DNA of 64,000 bases from an uncultured Methanoregulaceae archaeon (lineage in GTDB: Archaea; Halobacteriota; Methanomicrobia; Methanomicrobiales; Methanospirillaceae), in NCBI GenBank assembly GCA_963737635.1, contig CAVTTL010000001.1, positions 1,632,001 through 1,696,000 on the forward strand, given 5' to 3'. The translations under genes were made by a program, and so were the position numbers. This document shows positions 20,471-30,838 of this stretch, piece by piece. The notes under the pieces were generated by a model. That model saw only the letters and a program-made list of their open reading frames with translations. It made no database searches and was not told where the DNA came from. Positions within the stretch are counted from its first letter, which is position 1. Every line of letters begins with the position of its first letter.

Positions 20471-20803
20471 ATGAAAGAGTACCAGCTTGACGAACCACTG
20501 ACATCAGACTTCCTTGTTTTTCTTGAAGGTTTTGGAACCGTGCGATCCTTTTCACACCTGCGGCGCCCGTACTTCTCGTTTGAGAAAGACCGGTTCATCT
20601 CGATTAAGGGTTTTGTGGGAGACGCAAACGTCGAAGTCAGGTACAGGAAAGAGTTTGCCGATCTCACTGCCGACTTTTTCCACCTTCTCCTGTATTATTA
20701 CCGGGAGGGTCCGGCAGGCCTCGCAACACTGTCAGGGATCGCAACATCTATCAGCGCGAAGATGGATGCCCGTCGGGGTGTATCAAAGGCTTCCTGTGAT
20801 TAA
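20471..20803 (+). CDS. hypothetical protein
   Basis: ORF from ATG 20471 (MKEYQLDEPLTSDFL). Confidence 0.55.
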   Translation: MKEYQLDEPLTSDFLVFLEGFGTVRSFSHLRRPYFSFEKDRFISIKGFVGDANVEVRYRKEFADLTADFFHLLLYYYREGPAGLATLSGIATSISAKMDARRGVSKASCD

Positions 20804-20942
20804 CGCGGGTTCTGTCACGTCGTCACCAGGCCCGGAGTACTTCCCCAAACATAACGTTTATATTACAAAATGTAATATATACTTTACATATTGTGCGGGA
20901 GCTTTTCCTGCACCAAAAACCTATCCACAGGAGATGATATCC

Positions 20943-21650
20943 ATGAAATTACCAAACATAAGTTTCCGATCAGCCGCATTCATTGTAATCGGCGTAATGA
21001 TGATCGGCCTCCTCTTGAGCCCGGTGAGCGCGGCTTCCGGGTTCTTCTCGTTCGGCAACACGACCAGCAATCCTTCCGTTGACCATCACCACGCGTTCAA
21101 CAGCACGCAGATGACGGCACAGGTCCAGGGATTCCTTACGAACCTTTCAGCGCAGGGAGTGGATGTAAGCACGGCACAGGCTGACCTCTCCTCAGGCAAT
21201 ATGACCGCCGTTTTCCAGTGGCTTATGGCCTATCACCAGGCCAACCCGGGCTCCGCGATGATTGGCGCCCACCAGCATGCGTTCAACAGTACCATGATGA
21301 CCACCCGGCTTCAGTCGGCAGTCACAAAACTTGGCCAGAATGGCGTTGACGTGAGCCAGGTACAGGCAGATCTTTCATCAGGGAACCTGACCGCAACAAT
21401 GCAGTGGATGGCAGCCTACCACAAGGCACATCCGTCCCAGAAAGGCAACACGACTGCCATGCAGGGCTTCAACAGCACCCAAAGGAACCAGAATGGTGGG
21501 ATGCGCCATGCGGGTTTCGGTAACACAACTGCTTGGCATGGTTTCAACGGTACCCAAAGGAACCAGAATGGTAGGATACACCAGGCAGGTTCCGGTAACC
21601 AGTCTGCATGGAACAAATGGTTCGTGGCCACCCCTACGCAGGGTTCCTGA
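20943..21650 (+). CDS. secreted repeat protein
   Basis: GGAG RBS, signal peptide ending PVSA, two ~60-aa and two to three ~25-aa internal repeats, many N-x-S/T sequons. Confidence 0.75.
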   Translation: MKLPNISFRSAAFIVIGVMMIGLLLSPVSAASGFFSFGNTTSNPSVDHHHAFNSTQMTAQVQGFLTNLSAQGVDVSTAQADLSSGNMTAVFQWLMAYHQANPGSAMIGAHQHAFNSTMMTTRLQSAVTKLGQNGVDVSQVQADLSSGNLTATMQWMAAYHKAHPSQKGNTTAMQGFNSTQRNQNGGMRHAGFGNTTAWHGFNGTQRNQNGRIHQAGSGNQSAWNKWFVATPTQGS

Positions 21651-21894
21651 ACACATATCGTTCGACGTTAAAGGCATAAGAGATCGGGTTTACCCACTAC
21701 AACGTGTGAATGTGGGGTCGGCAGGTTCCGGGTAAACTGCCGGCTCTGAACTATTTTTTAGACTGGATGGTTCCTGATGCATCTTTGAGACTCTCTACAT
21801 ATTAGAAATTTTTCCTGTCGGTCTAACAGAGAGAACAGGGATCAAACGAGGTGCTTATAGAGTTACATTGTTAATATTCACACAGGAAACGGAA

Positions 21895-22110
21895 ATGCAG
21901 CCTTTCACGATCATTGTTGAAAAACACCCCGACGGATTTGTCGCTTATCCTGTTGGGATGAAAGGAGTGGTCGTGGGTGAAGGAAACACGTACAATGAAG
22001 CGATAGCGGATGTAACTTCCGCAATCCGATTCCATATTGAAACATTCGGCAAGGATGCTTTTTCTGATGACGATGTCATCGAGACGCAACTTGCCGAGGT
22101 TGCATTGTAA
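21895..22110 (+). CDS. HicB-like antitoxin (UPF0150)
   Basis: IIVEKHPDGFVAY..G..GVVVGEGNTYNEAI. Confidence 0.8.
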   Translation: MQPFTIIVEKHPDGFVAYPVGMKGVVVGEGNTYNEAIADVTSAIRFHIETFGKDAFSDDDVIETQLAEVAL

Positions 22111-22347
22111 ATGAAGCTCTCCCATGATGCACCAAAACAAAGAGTAATCAAAACATTTCTGGCATTGGGATTCCGGTTGGTCCGGGTCGGGAACCATATA
22201 GCGATGGAACGGGACGATCCCGACGGCACAAAGACGCCGCTTACTATGCCGAACCATGAGACAATAAAAGGCTCAACTCTGCGGACTATCTGTATCCAGC
22301 CCGGTATTTCCCGCGATGCATTTCTGATCGAGTACGAAAAAAAGTAA
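22111..22347 (+). CDS. HicA-like toxin
   Basis: LGFRLVRVGNHIAM ... MPNHETIKGSTLRTI. Confidence 0.82.
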   Translation: MKLSHDAPKQRVIKTFLALGFRLVRVGNHIAMERDDPDGTKTPLTMPNHETIKGSTLRTICIQPGISRDAFLIEYEKK

Positions 22348-22390
22348 TGAAATACTGCCCCGTTTTGCAGACGGGTGATGGAAGATCAGA

Positions 22391-22468
22391 TGATCGCCGC
22401 TCTGGCGGGCTGCTCGTCCGGCGCTGGTGGATCCGCAAACAGAACCCGGCCTTGTTCCGGGAATACGA
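22391..22468. repeat. 78-bp direct repeat, copy 1
   Basis: tgatcgccgctctggcgggc...ccgggaatacga; matches 23271-23348 with 2 mismatches. Confidence 0.9.
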
Positions 22469-22629
22469 TTAATTCTTTTTTTCGGTTTGTCACCCGGCCG
22501 CATTCGGGAGCCGGATCCAGGTGAATTGCAGGAACTTCTAAAAAAATAAGAGGATGCGGTCCGGCAAACAAAAACCATATACATCCCGGGATCCCATCAT
22601 TCTTCAACTCAAAAGAGCGGGATATCAGG

Positions 22630-22920
22630 ATGAAACGATCGGAACTGGTGCAGCAAAAACGGGGGGAGATCGCGGAGATTGCACGCCGCCATGGTGTGAC
22701 CAGTATCCGCCTTTTCGGTTCCGCTGCACGCGGAGATGACAGGCCGGACAGCGATATCGATTTTCTCATCGAGGCCGGACCTGTTCATTCCCCCTGGTTC
22801 CCGGGAGGTCTCGTTTCCGATCTGGAGGAACTCTTAGGCTGCCGGGTGGATGTTGTGGAGACCACAAGTATTTCCATGAACCTTCGCCAGCGGATCCTCC
22901 AGGAGTCAATTCCGTTATGA
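22630..22920 (+). CDS. MNT nucleotidyltransferase antitoxin
   Basis: LFGSAARGDDRPDSDIDFL. Confidence 0.92.
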   Translation: MKRSELVQQKRGEIAEIARRHGVTSIRLFGSAARGDDRPDSDIDFLIEAGPVHSPWFPGGLVSDLEELLGCRVDVVETTSISMNLRQRILQESIPL

Positions 22921-23258
22921 AGGATGACCGGGTCTACTTGGAGTTTATTCTGGAATCGCTTGGCGAGATCCGTGAATATACCCGGCAGGGTTCAGTTGCA
23001 TTTCTCGATGACCGGAGAACACAGCTTGCCGTACTCCGGCTGCTTCAGGTTATGGCAGAATCAACCCAGCGCCTCTCTCCGGAAATCTGCGAATCCTGTC
23101 CGGAAATCCCGTGGAAAAATATTGCCGGCCTCCGGAATGTTCTTGTCCATGCGTACATGAATATCGATCCGCACCGTATCTGGGAGATCGTTGAACACGA
23201 TATCCCTCCCTTTGAGGAACAGATCCGGCTACTGGCCGCCCGGAAAAAGAAAGAGTAG
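22917..23258 (+). CDS. HEPN (DUF86) toxin
   Basis: IPWKNIAGLRNVLVHAY, an R-x4-H HEPN motif. Confidence 0.92.
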   Translation: MKDDRVYLEFILESLGEIREYTRQGSVAFLDDRRTQLAVLRLLQVMAESTQRLSPEICESCPEIPWKNIAGLRNVLVHAYMNIDPHRIWEIVEHDIPPFEEQIRLLAARKKKE

Positions 23259-23270
23259 TGAAGATCGCCC

Positions 23271-23348
23271 TGATCGCCGCTCTGGCGGGCTGCTCGTCCG
23301 GCGCTGGTGGATCTGCAAACAGAACCCGGCCTCGTTCCGGGAATACGA
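23271..23348. repeat. 78-bp direct repeat, copy 2
   Basis: Second copy, 12 nt after the HEPN stop. Confidence 0.9.
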
Positions 23349-23405
23349 CTGAGAGAATAACCCGTCAGAACGTACTATCAAAAATTCTCAAATTAAAAAA
23401 AAAGA

Positions 23406-24209
23406 TTATTTTTTCATGAAAAGCTTGCCGTATACAGTCTCGCCCTTCTTCTTGGGGTGGCGCTCGCCGAGGTCCCCGATATATTCGTCAAACTTTGCCT
23501 TGGTGCCGTCGACGTCGAGGTCGACCTCGCCGACCTTCTTGTAGCCGGGCATCATGACATTGATCGAGCCGAATACATAGATCTCGCCTTTCACGAGCTG
23601 CCCACCGACGCGGCGGTTTGCGTTGCCCTTGAGGATGATCTTGCCCCCTTCCATGTGGGTACCGAGGTGGATATCGACATTGCCTTCGATGATCATCGGT
23701 ACCGCCGGTCATGAAGCTTAGCGACATCAGAACCAGCGTTTCCTTTCACACGGAGGACGCCACCTGACATCCCTCGCCAGTCGCCACGGTATGCGGCGCC
23801 GAGATAGTTGCCGGCGTTGCCTTCAATAGTAAATTCCCCGCCTTTCAGGGCAAGACCGCAGAACGAGTGGACGTTTCCCTTGACGAGGAGCTTGCCTCCG
23901 CTCATCCAGCTGCCGGTGTACATATCGCAGTCGGAGTTGACTACCATCTCACCGGCGGTCATTTTGGCGCCGATGTACTTCATCTTGGAGCAGTCGCCGT
24001 TCACGACGATCTTTGTATCGGCTGCCGTTGCCCCGGCGTCGCCTGCAATCGTAAAGTAATCCCCCAGGGTGGACATCTCCTTGCCCTGGTATGCCGGGAG
24101 TTTTGCGATCTGGTCAGCAGTCTTGCCCGGCTAAGGTGTCGGGATTCAGGCTCTCGCATTCAAGATAGAGCTCCGGCACTTTCTTTACAGTCAGTGTAAT
24201 CGTGTCCAT
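23406..24209 (-). CDS. fwdC: formylmethanofuran dehydrogenase subunit C, frameshifted
   Basis: GXGXG beta-helix repeats, GAAYRGDWRGMSGG, split over several ORFs. Confidence 0.88.
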
Positions 24210-24220
24210 TCCTTTTCACC

Positions 24221-25927
24221 TCACTGAACCGCATCCACGGTAAGAATATGCTGGTGCGGTGCATAACTTTCGGGAACGGGGTAGTTGTTCTCGTTGAGAC
24301 TGTAGTATTTGAGGAACTTTTCCCGTATATCGTGCATGACCTGCTTGTTCTCATTGACCTTGGCATCCACCCAGAAGGTGTGCTTGTTGCCCATGTCAAC
24401 GATCTTGCCTTCTTCAACACAGATCTTCCCGTCCTTGAAGAGATACGCCACGTTTGCAAACGCTTTCTCAATTTCAGGGCCGGTAGAGGGGAACGCGTCC
24501 GGGTCGATGTTGTAGATCGCAATATCTGCATTCATTCCGGGTGCAAGGCCACCGTAGTCCTTGGAAAGGCCGAGTGCTCGTGCCGGGCCGGCGCGGGTCA
24601 TCTGGGACAGCTCGTAGAGCGTGATTTCACGGTCGATGTTTGCGAGGTTTGTTGCACTGATGACCTTATCGGCTTTTTTGAACGAGTTGAGCAGATCGTC
24701 ACGGACCTTCTTGGACATCAGCCAAGAGTAGACACGCGGGTAGCGGGTGAACGGTCCTGCGTTCGGGTGATCTGTGGTGATGAAGCAGCGCATCGGGTCT
24801 TTTGCATAGAGTGGAATTTCAAGCCCGACTGCCCACTGGGAGCAGAATACCGGGTTGCTAGGATCGTAGATGAATGGCACAACGCCCGCCCCGGTCTCCA
24901 GTTCAACATCAACATTGAACCACTTGAGGTGGTTGATGCTATGGAGGTGGTGCTCAAACGGACCATCCGCAGTCATCGTGGTGGTCTCGTCAAGCGTCAC
25001 GTTACCGGTATCTATGGTGAGGTTCTTCTGCTTGTTGACGTAGTCCATGACTTCCTTTGCACCGGACTCGAAGTCACCCCAGTTCGTTCCTTTATATGAG
25101 TGGAACTGGAGGTGGGTGGAGTGCAGAACCTGCTCGCGCCCGAACTTGTTCGTGGTCTTCATCCCTTCTGCGAGAGCCAATGATTCGATCGTGGTCTTAT
25201 AGTTGCCAGGGTTACCGAGGTCGTTCTGGTGGAGGTGCATCGAATGGGGCAGGCCAAGATACTCGTTAGCCGCTATCAGGCCCTTGATGATCTCCGCCGG
25301 GGTGATATCGAAGTACGGGACCGGGTCGTGGATGGTGAGACAGTTGAGTCCCCATGCCCAGGCTTCTGTGCCGCCGGGGTTAACCACCTTGACACCATAC
25401 CCTTTGGTCTGGCGCAGAATCCATGCAATATATGCCGCCGTGTTCTCGATCTCCTGGTTCTTCAGGTATTCGAGGATAAACCAGTTGTTCCCGAAGACGG
25501 GAAGGGCTGCTTCATCGATGATCGGCGTGTCGTGGATCTCCTCGTGCACGTGGCGGGCGTACATGGGGGGCATCGCTGCTTCCATGACAAAGGTGAACCC
25601 CATCCGTGCGTATGCGTAACCGGTCTTGAAGACCGTCGGAATAGACTTGCCGCCTTCAATACGAGTAATCCCGGGAACCTTGTGGGAGTCGAAATGCTTG
25701 TCTTCAGGGCGGTACCAGCGTCCGGCATTAACCTTTGGGCCTGCCACGTGAGAGTGGATATCGAGAGCCCCGGCCATGACCGTCTTGCCTTTGGCATCGA
25801 TTACCTTTGCTGAAGACCCGACTTTATCAACGATCTTCCCGTCCTTGACGGAGATATCCTTCTTGTCTCCTTTGATGCCCTGCACCGCGTCAAAGACGTG
25901 TCCGTTCTTGATAATATATTCTGACAT
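24221..25927 (-). CDS. fwdA: formylmethanofuran dehydrogenase subunit A
   Basis: DIHSHVAG, VKVVNPGG, TTDHPNAGPF amidohydrolase motifs. Confidence 0.96.
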   Translation of the reverse strand: MSEYIIKNGHVFDAVQGIKGDKKDISVKDGKIVDKVGSSAKVIDAKGKTVMAGALDIHSHVAGPKVNAGRWYRPEDKHFDSHKVPGITRIEGGKSIPTVFKTGYAYARMGFTFVMEAAMPPMYARHVHEEIHDTPIIDEAALPVFGNNWFILEYLKNQEIENTAAYIAWILRQTKGYGVKVVNPGGTEAWAWGLNCLTIHDPVPYFDITPAEIIKGLIAANEYLGLPHSMHLHQNDLGNPGNYKTTIESLALAEGMKTTNKFGREQVLHSTHLQFHSYKGTNWGDFESGAKEVMDYVNKQKNLTIDTGNVTLDETTTMTADGPFEHHLHSINHLKWFNVDVELETGAGVVPFIYDPSNPVFCSQWAVGLEIPLYAKDPMRCFITTDHPNAGPFTRYPRVYSWLMSKKVRDDLLNSFKKADKVISATNLANIDREITLYELSQMTRAGPARALGLSKDYGGLAPGMNADIAIYNIDPDAFPSTGPEIEKAFANVAYLFKDGKICVEEGKIVDMGNKHTFWVDAKVNENKQVMHDIREKFLKYYSLNENNYPVPESYAPHQHILTVDAVQ

Positions 25928-27253
25928 TTACGCTCCTCCTTGGGCAAGGAGTTCATCAACACGGTGGTTGATCTTGGTCAGGAGTTCCTCGTCGGTCAAC
26001 ACGCCTTCCGGTGGGTCCACTACTTTGCGTGTCTCGATAGGGACGTTGTCCATACGATAGGCACAACCTCCTGTCTCCACGCCCACCATAGCGACCGGGA
26101 TGTGGATATCGGAGATCTCGGTCGTGCAGTTAATGTGCGGGTCTACGGTGACAGTCGGCTTCTTGGAACTGCTGATCATCGCATCGACCGGGAAGTGTGC
26201 ACCGGGGTCAGTCGCGATGTAGAAACAGGCTTCGACCTCGTTCCGGTTGAGGAGATCGACCGAGGTCGTCTCTCCGGTCTGGTGCCGGGCCTGATCCCTC
26301 CGTGAGAGGTCCACCGCGTAGGGGAACCCGTACTGCCAGCCGAGAACCTGGCCGGAACCAGTAACGTTCCAGTGACCCCTCATGGCCATGATCGCGCATT
26401 TCGTGAAGTCGTTCAGGTCACGGGTCAGGTTGATCGCGATATCGATATTGTGGTTCCTGCCCATCGTGTGGGTAAGGCCCATACCAAAGAAGATGATCAC
26501 GAACCGGCCCTGTTTGAGATCTTCTGCGATCTCGTAGATCTTTTCTTTTGGGACGCCGCCGACCGTGTCGGGGAGCGTTTCACCGCGGGCTGCGGTCCTG
26601 AGCGCATTGAGCAGTTCATAGTCATAGCCCTGCTGGATCTGGATGAACTCGTCGGCAACCTTTGCAGTATCGGTGTACCGGCAATCAACGCAATAGATCT
26701 TCCGGCCCTTGTGCCCCTTGACGGTAAAAAAACCACGTGGGAAGATCGAGTACCGTGACATATGACGGGGGTGGGCGTGTGCCGGGTTGCATCCCCAGAA
26801 GATAACACGATCCGCACGGTTCTTGACCTCACCAAGGGTACACGTCGGGACACCGACATCCTCGATAGCGATCAGGGAAGAGCCGTGGCAGACCGTTGCA
26901 CAGTTATCGACAATAGCGCCGACTTTTTCTGCAATTTCGTGGCCGATGCTCATGGCCTGGCAGCTGGTGGATGCCCAGCCGTACATGAGCGTCTTTCGAG
27001 ACTTCACCAGCATATGTGCAGTCCAGTCGATCGCCTCATCGTAGGTGATCTCCTTATAGGTTCCGTCAGCCTGGCGCATCCGCGGGCGCTTGACCCGGCC
27101 CGGGAGCCGCTGGTGGTTGAACTTCTCGGCGCCGATAGCACACGCGTTCTTGACCCCGAGGATCGTCTTGTTGTCATCGGATACCGTAATGCGGACATCG
27201 TCGCACAGCGTCCCGCAGAACGGACAGATAACATCAGTTACTTCTTTTGGCAT
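25928..27253 (-). CDS. fwdB: formylmethanofuran dehydrogenase subunit B
   Basis: CPFCGTLCDD, ATVCHG (Cys, not Sec), NPAHAHPRHMSRY, MRGHWNV. Confidence 0.96.
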   Translation of the reverse strand: MPKEVTDVICPFCGTLCDDVRITVSDDNKTILGVKNACAIGAEKFNHQRLPGRVKRPRMRQADGTYKEITYDEAIDWTAHMLVKSRKTLMYGWASTSCQAMSIGHEIAEKVGAIVDNCATVCHGSSLIAIEDVGVPTCTLGEVKNRADRVIFWGCNPAHAHPRHMSRYSIFPRGFFTVKGHKGRKIYCVDCRYTDTAKVADEFIQIQQGYDYELLNALRTAARGETLPDTVGGVPKEKIYEIAEDLKQGRFVIIFFGMGLTHTMGRNHNIDIAINLTRDLNDFTKCAIMAMRGHWNVTGSGQVLGWQYGFPYAVDLSRRDQARHQTGETTSVDLLNRNEVEACFYIATDPGAHFPVDAMISSSKKPTVTVDPHINCTTEISDIHIPVAMVGVETGGCAYRMDNVPIETRKVVDPPEGVLTDEELLTKINHRVDELLAQGGA

Positions 27254-27259
27254 CCGTCA

Positions 27260-27670
27260 TCACTTCCTGATAAGTCCGCAGGCATCCTGCAGAATTTCTA
27301 TTGCTCCCATGATACGTTCGCTTGCGGCAATCTCTATATCGGCCGGGAATCCCTTGAAACAGGGCTCGCCCGTAGAGAATGTATATGCCGGTACAATACG
27401 GTTAGCCCATGGTCCCATCGGGATGTGGGCAAGGCCCGGGACCAGATCCTCGCGGGTCTCGACTGCCTTTAAAATGACGCTTCCAACCGAACTGGTGACC
27501 CGTACATTGGTGTTCTTCCACACCCCGAGTCTTTTGAAATCATCCGGGTGCAACTGGATAATGGTGCAGGCATCAAAGTACTTCTGGGAAGTCTTGCCCG
27601 CTTCCATGCCGACGCCCTGCTGGATCGTGCGGCAGGTGATAATATTAAGGGTAATCTTTTTCTCAACCAT
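27260..27670 (-). CDS. fwdD: formylmethanofuran dehydrogenase subunit D
   Basis: TCRTIQQG, IPMGPWAN. Confidence 0.93.
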   Translation of the reverse strand: MVEKKITLNIITCRTIQQGVGMEAGKTSQKYFDACTIIQLHPDDFKRLGVWKNTNVRVTSSVGSVILKAVETREDLVPGLAHIPMGPWANRIVPAYTFSTGEPCFKGFPADIEIAASERIMGAIEILQDACGLIRK

Positions 27671-27690
27671 AATATCTCTCACACGTACGG

Positions 27691-27954
27691 TCAGACGTTG
27701 ACCATCGACTCTCTCGTACCTTTGCCAGAGAGCTGTATCACATCATACGGGCATGCTTCCACGCATACGCCGCATCCTGCACACAATTCTTTCTTGAAAT
27801 CGATACTTACTGATATACCGTCTTGGACCTGGTAGATCTTCTCATTAGTTACCGGATCAAGGGTGTACAGTTCCAGTGCATCTACCGGGCATGCAGCGAC
27901 ACAATTTCCGCAGCCCGTACACCGGTTCACATTGACATGTACTGAAAATGCCAT
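27691..27954 (-). CDS. fwdG: ferredoxin subunit FwdG
   Basis: CTGCGNCVAACP and CAGCGVCVEACP, first gene of the operon. Confidence 0.88.
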   Translation of the reverse strand: MAFSVHVNVNRCTGCGNCVAACPVDALELYTLDPVTNEKIYQVQDGISVSIDFKKELCAGCGVCVEACPYDVIQLSGKGTRESMVNV

Positions 27955-28330
27955 GCTTAATCACACACACAAAACAATTACGGGAATCAAATTCCTTAAT
28001 TCAAGAGTTATCTAGAAAGAGTAATTAAACATTGTTATGTCTGCAAACGGTCAAGCAGAACATTTTAACGATACATTAAAATTTTTTAGAGTGCTTAACT
28101 CACGACATATTTTCTCTCTCGATGTTGACCTACGATGTGAATGAATTTTGCATTTTCTGGCATTTTTTGACTTACTCCAGAATATTGTTTTCATTAAATA
28201 ATTATCATTTTTCCTTCTTGCAAACAAACAGACAAAAAAAGGGTCAACGCGCGAAAAAGCCTCTCTATGACAGCAAAGATCTCAATAGCTTCTGCACCCG
28301 GTGATCTGATGCAAAAAAGAGGAGAGAAGT

Positions 28331-29269
28331 TCACAGCCTGTACGTTGTTCCAACCGTATTGAGGATGCAGGTCCCCGGCATTGCCGAAATGAACCGGTTG
28401 ATCGCATCCCAGCCGGTACAATGCATAGGCACGATATAGGCCGGATCAATCTGTCTCATCGCCTCGATCGTCGGCGCGATGACCGGCGCAAAGAGTGGCC
28501 CGGTCAGGTGGAATCCGCCAAGAACCGCAAACACGCGATCGACACCGGTGATCTTCTGGGCATACCGGACGGTATTGATGATTCCGGCGTGAGCACAACC
28601 GCTGACAACCACCAGGCCCTTGTCTTTGATATTGATGACCAGCGCCTGATCGTCGAGGATTTTATCCGGGGTCCACTGGTTATCTATCCAGGCCTCCATA
28701 CCGGGGAACCCTTTCTCAAACGGCACGGTCCGTTCGATCTCACCGGTGACGAGTACGTGGCCGGATGCAAGAAGCGATGGCCCGGCATGCTCGCGGATGT
28801 CGGCCTTGTCCTGTTTTAAAGAGACCGCATCGAGCTTGGGGAGATTGACCGGCTCTTTACCCCGGCTGGTAAGTCTGCGGCTCAGGAATGCATCCGGGTG
28901 GACGATGAGCGGGACCTGGTGGCTGGCCACCTGGAGCAGCGATGGGAGTCCCCCGGTATGATCGAAATGACCATGACTCAAGACAACCGCCTCTGCTCGA
29001 CCGGGTTCAATACCCAGCTGCCGGGCGTTGTGGAGCATGCACCCGCACGAGAGACCTGTATCCAAAAGGATGTCATGTTCCTTCCCGTTTGAAAATAGTT
29101 TGAGGTAACAGGAAAAGCCATGTTCGGCCAGAAGGGGACGGTCCAGCGCGAACGGCGGTCGCAGGTCAACGGAGGTTTGTGGGGGAACGAAGATGTCGAT
29201 GTAATTGTCCACCAGTACCGTTATCTCAGCCCGGTCAGCTTCGTGAAGCTGGGGGGAATCGGTTTTCAT
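28331..29269 (-). CDS. MBL-fold metallohydrolase
   Basis: AEHGFS, LSHGHFDHTGG, GCAHAG, GGFHL, PMHCTG. Confidence 0.9.
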   Translation of the reverse strand: MKTDSPQLHEADRAEITVLVDNYIDIFVPPQTSVDLRPPFALDRPLLAEHGFSCYLKLFSNGKEHDILLDTGLSCGCMLHNARQLGIEPGRAEAVVLSHGHFDHTGGLPSLLQVASHQVPLIVHPDAFLSRRLTSRGKEPVNLPKLDAVSLKQDKADIREHAGPSLLASGHVLVTGEIERTVPFEKGFPGMEAWIDNQWTPDKILDDQALVINIKDKGLVVVSGCAHAGIINTVRYAQKITGVDRVFAVLGGFHLTGPLFAPVIAPTIEAMRQIDPAYIVPMHCTGWDAINRFISAMPGTCILNTVGTTYRL

Positions 29270-29315
29270 AGCAGCTAATCTTGTCTGGAACTGATTGAAT
29301 AGGTTTTCATCCGGC

Positions 29316-30536
29316 TTAGAAAAACAGAATCCGCGTTGGGCGACATCTGCCAGATTCATCCGGTGGATCAAACAGGAGTGTACTAAATGCCAGAAGATCA
29401 ATCTCCTTTATTGCGGCAAGCGTTCCGTGTTTCGATATCCCCCGCCGATGGAAGGGATCGGTCAGGGCATAAAAATGCAGGTTATCATTACCGGAAAGGT
29501 GAGAGATCAATTTGGGTAGTGTACCTGTTTCTGAATCTTGGGGAACCCTGTGTTCCCCGGTAAGGGCAAAGATCCCATCTTCAAGGAAAACGACCGTGGT
29601 CTGGATGCCCTGGTGGGCACAAGCGACAGCAAAAGCGACCCCGCCATAGGCATACTCAGTAGTGTAAGGGGTGTGAGTTATCAGGATGACAACCGAAGGG
29701 GTTTGAGGGGAAATCTGTTCCTTTTGTTCTGAAGGAGGACAGTGTATATAACCCGCATTCTCCGAAAGCAGAACCGGGGTATCTTTGCTATGGCGGATTA
29801 TAACGTCCAGGTCTTTGATATGCGCAGGTCTGACCACAAATAACGAACCGATAGTCCCAAGGCCGTCGTCCCATGATTCATATCCCCGTTTGCTGGCACA
29901 GTACCTGTTGACCATAACGGTACAGGGGAGGTTTTTCCCTGCCGCAGATTTCCCGAGCGTCTCGATGGCTGTTCCTCTATTTTCGGTCTCTCCGGGATTC
30001 TGGCCGATATGACTGATATGGCTGCCATCCAGATATGCGTACAAACTAACCCCGCAATCGAGATCCAGTGCGGCTGAAAGGAACCGGACCGCGTATCCCG
30101 CCGAAGGGAACATGTAGGGCGATGAGATCTGGAGCCAACCGATCCGCGGAGGAACCGGCCCGGGACCTTCGCGGATTTGGGAGATAACGGCTGCCCAGAA
30201 TGACGGGCTTTGACTGGATTCGCTTACCTGATCCGGAAAACTCTCCCGCAGGGGATCAAGGGAAATACCCCGGATATCCAATGCATCACGGTCGCAGATG
30301 AGCCTTACCTGAGGCAACGACAGCATTGACGACCATATATGCCGGGATTCGGCTTCGTTGAGGCTGTACAGGGCGTCCCCGGTAAGGAAAACCACAAAAT
30401 CCATAGATGTGGCGGATCCCTGATTACCGGAACCTTCGGCATGTGGTTTTTGGTAATGAAATTTGAGTACCTCTTCAATCCACGACAACCGTTCCTGCGT
30501 TACGACAGTACTTAAGAAAAGAACGTTCGCGGTCAT
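29316..30536 (-). CDS. multidomain DsrE/F/H-like protein, paralog of 7953-9194
   Basis: Same motif order: FLTGDALYSL, SPY, YLDG, CASKRG, TPY, FLEDG, RILFF end. Confidence 0.7.
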   Translation of the reverse strand: MTANVLFLSTVVTQERLSWIEEVLKFHYQKPHAEGSGNQGSATSMDFVVFLTGDALYSLNEAESRHIWSSMLSLPQVRLICDRDALDIRGISLDPLRESFPDQVSESSQSPSFWAAVISQIREGPGPVPPRIGWLQISSPYMFPSAGYAVRFLSAALDLDCGVSLYAYLDGSHISHIGQNPGETENRGTAIETLGKSAAGKNLPCTVMVNRYCASKRGYESWDDGLGTIGSLFVVRPAHIKDLDVIIRHSKDTPVLLSENAGYIHCPPSEQKEQISPQTPSVVILITHTPYTTEYAYGGVAFAVACAHQGIQTTVVFLEDGIFALTGEHRVPQDSETGTLPKLISHLSGNDNLHFYALTDPFHRRGISKHGTLAAIKEIDLLAFSTLLFDPPDESGRCRPTRILFF

Positions 30537-30838
30537 CTGCGGTCTGTCCTAGGTAATGTATGTAGATCAGGGATATTATCAATGTGACTTACGAATCCGG
30601 GCCGGTATTTACGGAAAAACGCCAAAAAAGAACTGAAGGTTTTGATAAGTTAACGATTGGTTGACATTGTTGCCGGTTGGTAAATTTACCCCTAACAAAT
30701 ATTTTTATTTTAAAAGCGTTCTTTATAGCATCAAAAAGAACGCACTAAAAGAGGATTGAGATTATGTGGCACTTGTCACATCAACGATCAATCTTATTGT
30801 AAGTCTTATATCTTTGATTATACATTTACCAAATTCAA

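Noticed and set aside
25928-27253. Selenocysteine or intein in FwdB
   Set aside because: Active-site residue is Cys (ATVCHG), length is normal and there is no in-frame TGA.
30716-30743. 9-bp inverted repeat GCGTTCTTT/AAAGAACGC at the island edge
   Set aside because: Short, in AT-rich DNA, with no matching partner at the other island end; could be a terminator-like hairpin or chance.
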